Below, piece after piece: positions 9,889 to 19,444 of a stretch of 64,000 nt of DNA; within the stretch, counting starts at the first letter, position 1; each line of letters begins with the position of its first letter. The notes below the pieces were generated by a model, which was not told the origin of the DNA, did no database searches, and saw nothing but the letters and a program-made list of their open reading frames with translations. The stretch is from Bdellovibrionota bacterium (GTDB lineage Bacteria > Bdellovibrionota_G > JALEGL01 > DATDPG01). The position numbers were made by a program, and so were the translations under genes. The stretch spans positions 59,570 to 123,569 of the forward strand of contig DATDPG010000019.1 in the NCBI GenBank assembly GCA_035292885.1. Reading direction: 5' to 3'.

Positions 9889-9974
9889 GATTTTCTCCTT
9901 TTCCGGCGCGGCTTTAAGCGGCGCGATTCAGGGCATTTTCTACCGCGATTCGGCGCATGACAAGATGATTCGGA

Positions 9975-10421
9975 TCAGCGATTCGGAACGAGAAGAATCT
10001 CACCCGCGACATCGGAATCCAGCGCTAACGTCGTCTCGTCAATCTGTATAACGACGGACGGCCTGAGCTGTTTCAGTCGGAGTCGGGTCCCCGGAAGAAT
10101 GCCTAGGGAAGAGAGTTCATTGAGTCGCGTGGGATGACTCACTTGAAGCGCCGCGACTTCACCACATTGTCCGGGTTGCAGATCCAACAAGCGGGTCATG
10201 CCTCCTTCGCCGTTGATTCTTGGATGTTGGTGCGTTCCGAAAATGCGGCTCAGCCATCGCGCGGCGATCGATCGAGAGGGATCCGGAAATTCATAACCGC
10301 ACGTAGGACAGCGGATCAAGCCGCATTTTCCGGCAAACGGGCAGGCACACGTTTCCGCTTGCGGCGAGAACGCTTTGTTGCATAGAGGACAGCGAAGGGA
10401 AACTTCCGGTGTCAGAGCCAT
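9975..10421 (-). CDS. FeoA-domain protein with N-terminal Cys-rich zinc-ribbon-like segment
   Basis: C-terminal FeoA-like SH3 motif (MTRLLDLQPGQCGEVAALQ...GILPGTRLRLKQ). N-terminal CPLCNKAF...CACPFAGKCGLIRCPTCGYEF. Start chosen at MALTPEV to limit overlap with feoB; an upstream ATG at 10493 is possible. Confidence 0.55.
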   Translation of the reverse strand: MALTPEVSLRCPLCNKAFSPQAETCACPFAGKCGLIRCPTCGYEFPDPSRSIAARWLSRIFGTHQHPRINGEGGMTRLLDLQPGQCGEVAALQVSHPTRLNELSSLGILPGTRLRLKQLRPSVVIQIDETTLALDSDVAGEILLVPNR

Positions 10422-12463
10422 GCGGACCTCATGGCGAGATTGACCATTCCACCCACGAAAAACGCGAGAGGAAAAATCAGGGCCGTCATCCAAGCCGCTG
10501 TTTTGAGGCCATGTTCTTTAATCACCACAAAGAAGTTGGCGATACATGGAATGAAAAGCGTCATTGTCACCATCGCAACCACCACTTGAATCTCCGTTTC
10601 CGGCGCCACGCGCCCGGCCGCCAATCCCGGCCGGAATAGATCGTAAAGGCCGGCGGCGCCGTAATCCCGGCGGAGAAACCCGATCAAAAAAGCGTCCGTG
10701 GCTTTCGCCGGGAGATCGAGCCACCCGGTCACTAAGGGAGAAGCTGCTTGCTGCAGCCAACGAAGCGCGGAAAGGCGGTCCAGAAACCACAATATAAATG
10801 TGCCCAGAAAAAAGAGCGGGACGGCTTCGCGCAGATACCACTCGATTCGAGCGGCTGTTTTAATCAAGACGTTTGAGCCCAACGGTTTGCGCAAGGGGGG
10901 TATTTCGAGGATGAAATCGCTCCCGCGTCCCGGATAGAGTTTCCCGGCTAAAAAACCCACGACCATCATGACGGCGACGACGGTTCCCACCCACCAGAGC
11001 GTGGCCGCCAGGCTCAGCTGAGCGAGGAGCCCGAGGATGACGCCGAGCTGGGCCGAGCACGGAATGGCGAGCGCCAGGAGCAGCGTGACGATGATCCGTT
11101 CTTTTCGGCTGGTGAGCGTTCGTGTAGTGATCGTGGCCATGGTGTCGCATCCCAGGCCGAGAACCATCGGCATCACGGCTTGGCCGTTGAGGCCGAACAG
11201 ACGGAAAAATCGATGCAACAGAATTGCGAGCCTCGGCAGGTAGCCGCTGTCCTCCAAAATCGAAAACGCGATGAAGAAAAAACCGACGATCGGAAGGACG
11301 ATGGCGACAGAGTAGGAAAGCGCCATGGAAAAGAGGCCGTAGTCGCCGATCAAAAGGCCGGGACCCGTCCCGATCTCCACGCCTTTCGCGCCGATGAAAA
11401 AGGGTTCCCACGATGCCGGCAGAAGTACTCGGAGCGTCCAATCGAAAGCCGGCGTCAGAAATTTTGCGAAGACGGTGTTTTCAAGGAAATCCACCGCTTT
11501 TCCGGCTCCCAATACGCCGACGAATAGATAGATGCCATAAAGCACGGCGAGAGCCAGAGGGAAACCCCAAACCGAGTGTGTCGTTATTTCGCCCAATCGC
11601 GTGAGCCACGTCTGCGACTGTGTGATCTTTTGGCGACGGACGACGCTCAAGACGCGATCGACCCATTCAAACCGGCAACGTGCGACTTCCGCTAAAAGCC
11701 CGGGGCCGAGTTCTTCTCGCAATTGATTCGCGGTAGTCTCGGCCTCCCTCGCCCGGTCGTGGAGCCACGATTTCGCGCGGCCGGGCAACGAACCGTTTCC
11801 AATCAAAAGCAGCAGCGCTCGCCCCCGGCGCCCCGGCATTTCAGCCGGCATCAAGGACGCGATCCGGTGGAGCGCGGATTCAATCGCCGGCGGATACGAA
11901 AGACGGATTCGTCCGCGCTGGTAGCGAAGCTTGAGGTCCAATAGCTCTTCAAGTCCCTTATTCTGAGTAGCCACGGTACCCAGTACGTGAACGCCGAGTT
12001 CCTCGCGGAAAGCCTTGAAGTCGATTTCAAATCCGGCTGCGAGCGCCTCGTCCATCATGTTACATACAAGGACGGTGGGTGCCTCCAATTCAAGCAACTG
12101 AATCGTCAGGAAAAGAGCCCGCCGAAGGTTTTTAGCGTCGCAGACCTGAATGACTTCCAGGCCGGGGTGGTCCAATCGGTCGAGGAGCGCATCCCGAGCG
12201 ACGCGATCCGCGTCGGAAACGGCGAATAGACTGTTCGTTCCCGGCAGATCGAGGATTTTGGTATTCCGGCCTTTGAAAATACCCTGGAGAATTTCGACGG
12301 TCGTCCCCGGGTAATTCGACACATGGGCGTAATGGCCGGTCAGATGCCCGAATATCGCGCTCTTCCCTACGTTGGGATTTCCGACCAAGAGCGTCGAGGT
12401 CGTGGGCGTGGGCGCCGGTGCCTCCGCTATCGCGGCCCCGGCGCATTGCGAGTGGGCAATCAC
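10412..12463 (-). CDS. feoB: ferrous iron transporter FeoB
   Basis: 683 aa. N-terminal G-domain (LVGNPNVGKS, DLPGT) followed by a polytopic membrane domain. Confidence 0.9.
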   Translation of the reverse strand: MIAHSQCAGAAIAEAPAPTPTTSTLLVGNPNVGKSAIFGHLTGHYAHVSNYPGTTVEILQGIFKGRNTKILDLPGTNSLFAVSDADRVARDALLDRLDHPGLEVIQVCDAKNLRRALFLTIQLLELEAPTVLVCNMMDEALAAGFEIDFKAFREELGVHVLGTVATQNKGLEELLDLKLRYQRGRIRLSYPPAIESALHRIASLMPAEMPGRRGRALLLLIGNGSLPGRAKSWLHDRAREAETTANQLREELGPGLLAEVARCRFEWVDRVLSVVRRQKITQSQTWLTRLGEITTHSVWGFPLALAVLYGIYLFVGVLGAGKAVDFLENTVFAKFLTPAFDWTLRVLLPASWEPFFIGAKGVEIGTGPGLLIGDYGLFSMALSYSVAIVLPIVGFFFIAFSILEDSGYLPRLAILLHRFFRLFGLNGQAVMPMVLGLGCDTMATITTRTLTSRKERIIVTLLLALAIPCSAQLGVILGLLAQLSLAATLWWVGTVVAVMMVVGFLAGKLYPGRGSDFILEIPPLRKPLGSNVLIKTAARIEWYLREAVPLFFLGTFILWFLDRLSALRWLQQAASPLVTGWLDLPAKATDAFLIGFLRRDYGAAGLYDLFRPGLAAGRVAPETEIQVVVAMVTMTLFIPCIANFFVVIKEHGLKTAAWMTALIFPLAFFVGGMVNLAMRSAWL

Positions 12464-12624
12464 CTTTTGAATTCTGCTCGGGTTGGCTTAAGCAAAACAT
12501 GATATGGAACAGGGTCGGGCTTAGGGGTCGGGCGAATCTTTCGCGAAACGGCGGAGTCATGTAAAAGACTGCGCGCTAAGATCGTGAGGTTGTTGTCGTC
12601 AGAAATTCAATCAGGAGGATCAGA

Positions 12625-12975
12625 ATGAAATCGCTTGTTGTGGTTTTGGGTGTTCTTTTCGCGTCGAGTGCCATGGCGCAAGACAAACTCGCCTCGCAGA
12701 AGGCGTTGTTCGATAAGTATTGCAAGAAATGTCATGCCGAGGATGGGAGTGGGAAAAAGCCCACCGGTGAATGGCTGCCGGTCGTAAAGACGCTTAAATT
12801 GGAAAAGCCGGAAATGTTGAGCATCATCTCGGATGAAGCCAAGAAGAAGACGGACGACGACATCAAGAAAATGATCCTGGAAGGAAAAGACAAGATGAAG
12901 GCGACCAAAGCGACGCCGGAAGAGGCGATTGAACTGGTCGCATACGTTCGTCATTTGCAGGGCGGCACGAAGTAA
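12625..12975 (+). CDS. periplasmic monoheme class I cytochrome c
   Basis: Signal peptide, a single CKKCH motif, and an RBS (caggagg) upstream. Paralog of the gene at 45214..45588. Confidence 0.8.
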   Translation: MKSLVVVLGVLFASSAMAQDKLASQKALFDKYCKKCHAEDGSGKKPTGEWLPVVKTLKLEKPEMLSIISDEAKKKTDDDIKKMILEGKDKMKATKATPEEAIELVAYVRHLQGGTK

Positions 12976-13011
12976 CAAAGACCGTTTTTAGGCTGTTCAA
13001 AGCCGGTCAGT

Positions 13012-13374
13012 TTAGAGGCCGTTTGTGCCGTGGCAACCGGCGCAGGCGGCCTCGCCCTGTGTGCGGACGATTTCCTGTATCGCGTCCAGATCGATCCCGG
13101 CAAGCGAACTCTGATTACTCTGGTGGATGTTCTTCGGAAGGTGGCACCCGAAGCAATCTGAACGCTGCCACCCCGGCTGATGCTCTTCTTCCGTGAGAAT
13201 CAACGACTGCGGCGAGTTAATAATGTCTCCATAATTTTCGCCCGGACTGTCATGACCGCAGCCGCTCATGAGGACCGCGAGGAAGAAAAGGATGTACGTT
13301 GGGCGGGTCAAAAGGAGATTCCTTTCTTCGTATGGCAATCCCGGCAAAACTGAATCTGATGGCACGAACCGCAC
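13012..13374 (-). CDS. small diheme c-type cytochrome, probable lipoprotein
   Basis: Two CxxCH motifs (CFGCH, CAGCH) and a hydrophobic segment ending LMSGC (lipobox-like). Start uncertain; it overlaps the 3' end of the upstream heptaheme gene. Confidence 0.5.
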   Translation of the reverse strand: MRFVPSDSVLPGLPYEERNLLLTRPTYILFFLAVLMSGCGHDSPGENYGDIINSPQSLILTEEEHQPGWQRSDCFGCHLPKNIHQSNQSSLAGIDLDAIQEIVRTQGEAACAGCHGTNGL

Positions 13375-13937
13375 GAATGAGGATTCGCCCGCGCTTCGAC
13401 GGAATGGACGTAAAGGAACGTGCGCGGATGGACGGTCTGAAGGATCGAATCACGCTGCATGTGGCAATCGACACAGCTCGATCGATCGTGGCACGTGGCG
13501 CAGGAAAACTCGTCCAATCGGGCGAAGACGGCGTGCCGCTGCGTCCAATCGAGACGATGGTCCGCCGGGATTAGCGGCCGGACATCCTTGTGACAGAGAA
13601 AACATCTTTGGGTGGCCTGCGCGGCCATCTCCGGTTTGCGATGACAGTCATGGCACTTCCATACCGGGCCGGCTTCGCTCGTTATTACGAGCGGTTTTAG
13701 GGCGTCGCGCTGCGGATGACAGCTCAAGCAATGGAGATTCTTCTCCTGAATTACAGGCGCATGAACGGCGTGGTTAAACAAAATGGATGGATGAACGGTT
13801 TGCTTGGGTGTGACCTGGCGCCAGTCCCCGGTGCGGACGCATCCGCCGATGATCGTAACGGCGATCGGCGCGATCCAGAAAAAATGTTGGCGTAGTTTAG
13901 AAATAAACATAACGAGCCGAGACTCCCACGCGAACAT
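13308..13937 (-). CDS. heptaheme c-type cytochrome, probable periplasmic lipoprotein (OmaB-like)
   Basis: Seven CxxCH motifs in about 200 aa. Signal with IIGGC lipobox. Repeated SCxxCH..SSCxxCH pattern shared with the nonaheme gene at 49190..49849. Confidence 0.75.
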   Translation of the reverse strand: MFAWESRLVMFISKLRQHFFWIAPIAVTIIGGCVRTGDWRQVTPKQTVHPSILFNHAVHAPVIQEKNLHCLSCHPQRDALKPLVITSEAGPVWKCHDCHRKPEMAAQATQRCFLCHKDVRPLIPADHRLDWTQRHAVFARLDEFSCATCHDRSSCVDCHMQRDSILQTVHPRTFLYVHSVEARANPHSCGSCHQIQFCRDCHTKKGISF

Positions 13938-15126
13938 CCGCCGTTTGATCGATGTTCGAATTGATTTCGCCGTTTACGCCGAGCTCAAGTCCCCATCGCC
14001 ATGCGTACAAGCATCCCAGGCCGGTGTGAAGAGCGTAATCTTCCGACCCGGTCACCTTGTCATATCGAGCGACGGCGAAAGATCCTCTGGCCCGCCATCC
14101 GAGCGAGATCTGTTTTTCGAGCGAGCTCGTGAATCCTCCGGATCGTCCGCCGTAACTATCCTGAAAGAATGCTCGGACGGAGGCGATCCAGGGGCGAACC
14201 CCCTCGATCCATTGAAACCCGCCATCCACCATATGGCCGTCCTCGGATCGGGTGGTCAGAACTTCATAACGTTGAAAACTGTACCCCGCCTGAACCGAAA
14301 GTTTCGAAGAGACTCGGTACGCCGCTGCACCTCTCCCTTGCCATTCCTCCCCCTGGGAAAAGAGCGTAAAAATCCGGTCCTGCCATTCGAAATTATCGCG
14401 GGATTCGTTGTATCGGGCGAACTCTCCGGAGAGGAGCAAGGCATCCATGGGGAAGAGTTCAAGTCCTGCACGACCTGATCCGAAAAGGGTTTTGTCCGCC
14501 AGGTAATCGATCGAACCATATAATAGAGGCGTCCAAAAAAACGGGAGCGCTTGTTTGGCTCCGGCCACGATCCATTGCCGGTGGACTGTCTCCAGATCGT
14601 CTTCATACCGATACCCCATCGTCAGTGTGGTCGAGGAGAACGGTTGCAGCGTCAGGTCGGCGCCGATCAACGTGGATTCTTCGTCGAAATCGGAAATTTC
14701 AGGATGCCTTCGCAAGCCGCCGAAGAGACGTCCCGATATTCGTCTCCGGGTACCCAGAGAAACTTGCGCGCCGTCGAGAAGGATCAGCGACTCGAACGGG
14801 TTCGCCAGAAATCTCCCCGCCTGGGCGTTCATTCCCCATTCGGGCCGATTCCACGAAACACTCGCTTGGTAAAGATCGGCCTTGTTGTCCGGATTTATCA
14901 GATTGGACAAAATCTGGCCGTCCATTGAAAATTCCCCTTGCAGCGGGGAAATTGGGGCGCTCAGGCGAAGGCGATTCACCCACGGGAGTTCCCGGTCTCC
15001 GATCAGATTTTCCCGGATCTGATTATACGATCTGAGTTCGACGGTCGGACCGGCCCAAGAGAGTGTTGGAGCAAGAATGACCATCCATCCCAGCGTCCGA
15101 TACACCCCTCGAAAAAGAAATGGCAT
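13897..15126 (-). CDS. outer-membrane beta-barrel protein, candidate porin of a porin-cytochrome conduit
   Basis: 409 aa. Signal peptide. Alternating beta-strand pattern. C-terminal aromatic YVYF. Located immediately upstream of the heptaheme cytochrome gene. Confidence 0.55.
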   Translation of the reverse strand: MPFLFRGVYRTLGWMVILAPTLSWAGPTVELRSYNQIRENLIGDRELPWVNRLRLSAPISPLQGEFSMDGQILSNLINPDNKADLYQASVSWNRPEWGMNAQAGRFLANPFESLILLDGAQVSLGTRRRISGRLFGGLRRHPEISDFDEESTLIGADLTLQPFSSTTLTMGYRYEDDLETVHRQWIVAGAKQALPFFWTPLLYGSIDYLADKTLFGSGRAGLELFPMDALLLSGEFARYNESRDNFEWQDRIFTLFSQGEEWQGRGAAAYRVSSKLSVQAGYSFQRYEVLTTRSEDGHMVDGGFQWIEGVRPWIASVRAFFQDSYGGRSGGFTSSLEKQISLGWRARGSFAVARYDKVTGSEDYALHTGLGCLYAWRWGLELGVNGEINSNIDQTADVRVGVSARYVYF

Positions 15127-15215
15127 ATGGATATTTTAGTGTTCGTCTCCCGAAGAATAAGAACCATGATATGCATCATGCCGGGATAATTCCCGTCAAG
15201 GGCATGATCAAAGAA

Positions 15216-16301
15216 ATGCGCGCTCGGCATCCATTGGGGTTGTGGAGTCTTATTTTCACGTTGCTGAGTGTTTCCCCGGCGCTGGCGGAAAAGGAGAAAC
15301 CTAAGAGCGGCTGTATCGCCGAGGGATGCCATGCCGTTCTCATGAACGCGAAAGTCGTGCATTCGGCGATCGAGGATGGCGCATGCGACGGATGCCATAC
15401 ACCTTCGGAGGGGAGCAGTCCCGACCAGGCGGGTGCCAAACATAAATTCGAGAAGATCGACGTCGGCCAGGCCTGCGGAGATTGCCATGAGGCCGCGAAA
15501 GACAAATCGATTCACAAGCCGTACGGCGAAGCGAAGTGCACCGCTTGCCACAATCCGCACTCGTCCGACCAGCCGGCTTTGTTGCGGGAAGAGTCGCCGG
15601 CACTTTGCCAGCCATGCCACGAAAAGATCGCCGCAATTTCCTCGCGAGGTTCGAGCGATCATCTGGTGGCCGACGGAAAACTCGCCTGCCTGAGCTGTCA
15701 CGAAGGTCACCTGTCGAAAATACCGAAACTTCTCCGAAAATCGCCGAAAGAACTCTGCTTGGGATGTCACAACAAGGAAATCTCGACACCTCAGGGAACT
15801 CTGGTCGATATCGCCGGTAAGCTCACCGACAAAAAAGCGACCGTCCATGACCCCGTCGCCGATGGGTGCGTCTCTTGCCATAATCCGCATGGGAGCGAAC
15901 TCCCGCGGCTCCTCGTCCGTTCGTATCCGACGGCCTGGTACGGCAATCCATCGATTTCTGCGTACGGCCTCTGTTTTGAGTGCCATGAAGCGGCCGGTTT
16001 TGAAGCCAAGGAGACCGAGGAGGGGACGGCGTTTCGAAACGGCAAGAAAAATCTCCATGCGGTCCACATCTTGAACGATCCGCTGGGCCGCTCCTGTTCC
16101 GCCTGCCACGACGTGCATGCGGCGGCGGGAGAGCACCTCATTCCGTCGCAAGTTCCCTTTTTCGGTTTCTTGGTTCCCACGAATTTCAAGACGGCGGAGA
16201 ACGGCGGCAGCTGTTTCCCGGGTTGCCATGAAGCGAGAGCCTACGATCGCTTGGAGGCTGTGCCTCTATCTAAGCCGGACTCGGGACACCCGAAACCTTA
16301 A
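15216..16301 (+). CDS. secreted multiheme c-type cytochrome (9 CxxCH plus CX3CH and CX4CH variants)
   Basis: Signal peptide MRARHPLGLWSLIFTLLSVSPALA. Nine canonical CxxCH motifs plus CFPGCH and CIAEGCH. Divergent from the porin gene. Confidence 0.75.
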   Translation: MRARHPLGLWSLIFTLLSVSPALAEKEKPKSGCIAEGCHAVLMNAKVVHSAIEDGACDGCHTPSEGSSPDQAGAKHKFEKIDVGQACGDCHEAAKDKSIHKPYGEAKCTACHNPHSSDQPALLREESPALCQPCHEKIAAISSRGSSDHLVADGKLACLSCHEGHLSKIPKLLRKSPKELCLGCHNKEISTPQGTLVDIAGKLTDKKATVHDPVADGCVSCHNPHGSELPRLLVRSYPTAWYGNPSISAYGLCFECHEAAGFEAKETEEGTAFRNGKKNLHAVHILNDPLGRSCSACHDVHAAAGEHLIPSQVPFFGFLVPTNFKTAENGGSCFPGCHEARAYDRLEAVPLSKPDSGHPKP

Positions 16302-16406
16302 GAACCAAACGGCATCCGGTCAAAATAGTTTCCGTACGAGAACTGATACAAATCATGGTTCACAAGGAGGCGTTCTGTTCTCCTAATTCTAGTAACCGGA
16401 ATTCAT

Positions 16407-16910
16407 TTGGAACCGAACGGAAGATGGCTTTTGTATGCGTGTTGTTGCGTAGGGTCGGCACTGATCGTCTCCGGATGTCAGAGCGGGAGCGGTCAGCCGA
16501 TTCAATACAATCATAAAGTTCACGTGGAAGAGGCGGGAATGGATTGCGTGTCGTGCCACGTCAACGTCCAGAGCGGCGCCCGCGCCACGATTCCGAACAT
16601 CGACGTATGCCAGGATTGCCATTCCGAGGAGCCTTCGGCGGATAAAACGGAACTGAAGAAGTTATTCTCTTATACTTCGTCGAATAAAAAGATTCCTTGG
16701 CGGAAGGTTTACCGTGTGGACGCGCATATCTTTTTTTCGCATCGAAGGCACGCGGTTCTCGGGAACATTTTGTGTGAAACATGTCACGGAAAGGTTGGGG
16801 AGAAAATGACTCCGGTGACCGGACGGGCCGTGGCCATCACGATGAAAGGTTGCATGGATTGCCATGAGAAGAGGGGGGTAGCTAATGACTGCCTTCTTTG
16901 TCACCGGTGA
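16407..16910 (+). CDS. pentaheme c-type cytochrome lipoprotein (ActA/QrcA/NrfB-like)
   Basis: Five CxxCH motifs. Lipobox IVSGC. TTG start inferred. First gene of the CISM-type module. Confidence 0.7.
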   Translation: MEPNGRWLLYACCCVGSALIVSGCQSGSGQPIQYNHKVHVEEAGMDCVSCHVNVQSGARATIPNIDVCQDCHSEEPSADKTELKKLFSYTSSNKKIPWRKVYRVDAHIFFSHRRHAVLGNILCETCHGKVGEKMTPVTGRAVAITMKGCMDCHEKRGVANDCLLCHR

Positions 16911-16939
16911 GGCGGAGCGGACAGGAGACCTGAAACGAC

Positions 16940-19444
16940 ATGGCGAATATTGACCGAAGAAAATTCCTGAAGATCCTCGGCGCGAGCGCGACTGGAACGG
17001 CGCTGGGGGGTACGGCAACGGGCGCCATGGCCTGGCTTTGGAAGGTCCCGGACCACCTAATTGAAGAAGCGTTGCGTGGACCCGGGTTCGAGACGTTCAA
17101 GAATTCCGTCTGTCAATTGTGCCCGGCGGGTTGCGGCATACGGGTCCGACTGATCGATAACATCCCCGTCCGGATCGACGGGAATCCGACACACCCGATC
17201 AATCGTGGAGGCATCTGCCCGCAGGGCGCGGCCGGCCTCGATTTTCTGTTCCATCCCGATCGGATTCAGACGCCGCTCATCCGTGTGGGGCCGAGGGGGA
17301 AGGGGGAATTCAAAGCGATCGGTTGGGACGAGGCGCTGGGCAAATTGGCTGAACGTTTGGGAACCCTACGACAGAAAAGAACCCCCGAGCAGCTGGCCTG
17401 CTTCGTTTACGAAAAACGCGGGTTGATGCACGAAACGATCGGTCGATTCATGGACGGATTCGGATCGCGAAATTTGATCGCAACGGACGACGGGGAGCAC
17501 GATTATCTGCCCTATCAGCTCCTCTTCGGCTGGAAGAACCTGCCGGCGTACGACATCGAGAATGCGCGCTACCTGCTGAGTTTCGGCGCGAACATTCTGG
17601 ACGACGGCGTTTCTCCGCTGCACGCGATTCACGGATACCGGAAAATGAGGGAAGGCGCCGCCGGGGAACGGGGAAAGTTTGTTTTCGTGGATTCCCGGCA
17701 TTCCGTGACCGCCGCCAGCGCGGATGTTTATCTGCCGATCCTGCCCGGAACCCACGGAGCGTTTGCGCTTGCCGTGGCGTATGTGTTGATCAAAGAACGG
17801 CATCTCGATACGGCGTTTCTCCGCGACCACGTCGACGGCTTTGAGTCCTGGACCGACGACCGGGGGAATCGTCACGCGGGCTTCAAGGACTATGTCCTCG
17901 CGGACTTCTATCCCGAACGCGCCGCGAAGATCACCGGAGTTCCCGCGGAGAGAATCATCGACGTGGCCCGGAACTTCGGAAGAACGCGCCTGTCGTTGGC
18001 AGTCGTGGGAAATTTGGGCACCGATACGACCAACGGCCTCTGGAACGCGCTCGCGGTTCTCTCGCTGAACGTTCTCGTCGGGAATATCGAAACCAAGGGG
18101 GGCCTTCTTGTTCCGCGGGCGGCACCGTTTTCAAAACTCCCGGTCGTTCGTCCGGATGAAATCGCGAAGCGAGGGCTGAACAAACCTCTCCTCTTCGAAG
18201 CCGAGAATCGCCAGGCTCCCTTGGTTTCCGACTCCATGGGCCTCGCGTGCGAACGGATGGCCAAAGGCGAACCGTATTCCATCGATACGCTCTTGGTCTA
18301 TGGCACCAACCCTGCGTTTGACCACCCGTACGCGAAGAGTGTTCGCAAAGCGCTCGAGAAGATTCCGTTCATCGTCTCGTTTTCGGGAATTCGGGACGAG
18401 ACTGCGGAATATGCCGATCTGATCCTCCCCGATCATGCGTTTCTCGAAAAATGGTTCGATAGTGCCGACACGCCCGGCATCAAGTTCGCTCACGCGTCGG
18501 TCGGTTCCCCGGTAGTGAATCCCCTTTATCAAACCCGGCACACGGGAGATGTCCTGACGGAAGTTGCGGCGAAGCTGGGAGGGAGTGTGGCCCAGGCATT
18601 TCCACAATCGGATTTCCTTTCGGCCTTGCAGCAAAAGTTCAAGGGGATTTTCGCTTCCGGCGAGGGAACCGTCGTATCGGGCTCGTTCGAGGAATCGTGG
18701 GCGCAGTTCCTTAAAGAGCGGGGCTGGCAGAACCTCGTCTACGAGTCCTTCGAAGGTTTCTGGAAGGTATTGGCGGAGCGCGGCGGGTGGTGGGATCCGA
18801 CGCAGGATGTGATGTCTATCAAAGAAGCGATTCAGACGCGCACGGGGAAAATTATGCTCCGGCTCGACGAGCTTCAATCCAAAGCAAGTGAAGCGGCACG
18901 ATCCGTGGGTAAGGAAAATACCTCCCCTGAAGCCGCAAGCCGGATACTGGCTGCCTGGGGAATTCGAGAAACCGCTGACGCCGCCTTTCTTCCACACTAC
19001 GAGGAGCCCACGTTCACGGGCGAAGTAAAAGAGTTCCCGTACGTGTTGGTCACGTTCGGCTTGCTTTCAAATCGCAGAGGTTTCGGCTCATTTTCGCCGT
19101 TGCTCCAGGAAATGTTTGGTTATCCCGAGCGGATTTACTGGGATTCTTGGGTGGAATTGAATCCCCATACGGCGCACGAGCATCATCTTGTTTCGGAAGA
19201 CTGGGTGAAAATCTCGTCGCCGGCGGGGTCGCTTCGCGCGCGGGTTGTTTTCAATGAAGCGTTGGAGCCCCATACGGTGGCCGTACCGTTCGGCATGGGT
19301 CATACGTCCGGCGGGCGTTACGCCAAGGGCGTGGGTGTGAATCCCTATGAGATTCTGACGGAAGTGAGCGACGTCTTGCGGGGAAAGCCGGCGAAAGTCG
19401 CGACGCGCGTGAAAATTGAGAAATCCGAAAGGAAGGTCCGCTAA
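16940..19444 (+). CDS. TAT-exported molybdopterin-oxidoreductase-family large subunit (PsrA/ActB1/QrcB-like)
   Basis: Twin-arginine signal DRRKFLKILGASATG. N-terminal CQLCPAGCGI...GGICPQG [4Fe-4S] motif. 834 aa of MopB fold. RBS acaggag. Confidence 0.85.
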   Translation: MANIDRRKFLKILGASATGTALGGTATGAMAWLWKVPDHLIEEALRGPGFETFKNSVCQLCPAGCGIRVRLIDNIPVRIDGNPTHPINRGGICPQGAAGLDFLFHPDRIQTPLIRVGPRGKGEFKAIGWDEALGKLAERLGTLRQKRTPEQLACFVYEKRGLMHETIGRFMDGFGSRNLIATDDGEHDYLPYQLLFGWKNLPAYDIENARYLLSFGANILDDGVSPLHAIHGYRKMREGAAGERGKFVFVDSRHSVTAASADVYLPILPGTHGAFALAVAYVLIKERHLDTAFLRDHVDGFESWTDDRGNRHAGFKDYVLADFYPERAAKITGVPAERIIDVARNFGRTRLSLAVVGNLGTDTTNGLWNALAVLSLNVLVGNIETKGGLLVPRAAPFSKLPVVRPDEIAKRGLNKPLLFEAENRQAPLVSDSMGLACERMAKGEPYSIDTLLVYGTNPAFDHPYAKSVRKALEKIPFIVSFSGIRDETAEYADLILPDHAFLEKWFDSADTPGIKFAHASVGSPVVNPLYQTRHTGDVLTEVAAKLGGSVAQAFPQSDFLSALQQKFKGIFASGEGTVVSGSFEESWAQFLKERGWQNLVYESFEGFWKVLAERGGWWDPTQDVMSIKEAIQTRTGKIMLRLDELQSKASEAARSVGKENTSPEAASRILAAWGIRETADAAFLPHYEEPTFTGEVKEFPYVLVTFGLLSNRRGFGSFSPLLQEMFGYPERIYWDSWVELNPHTAHEHHLVSEDWVKISSPAGSLRARVVFNEALEPHTVAVPFGMGHTSGGRYAKGVGVNPYEILTEVSDVLRGKPAKVATRVKIEKSERKVR

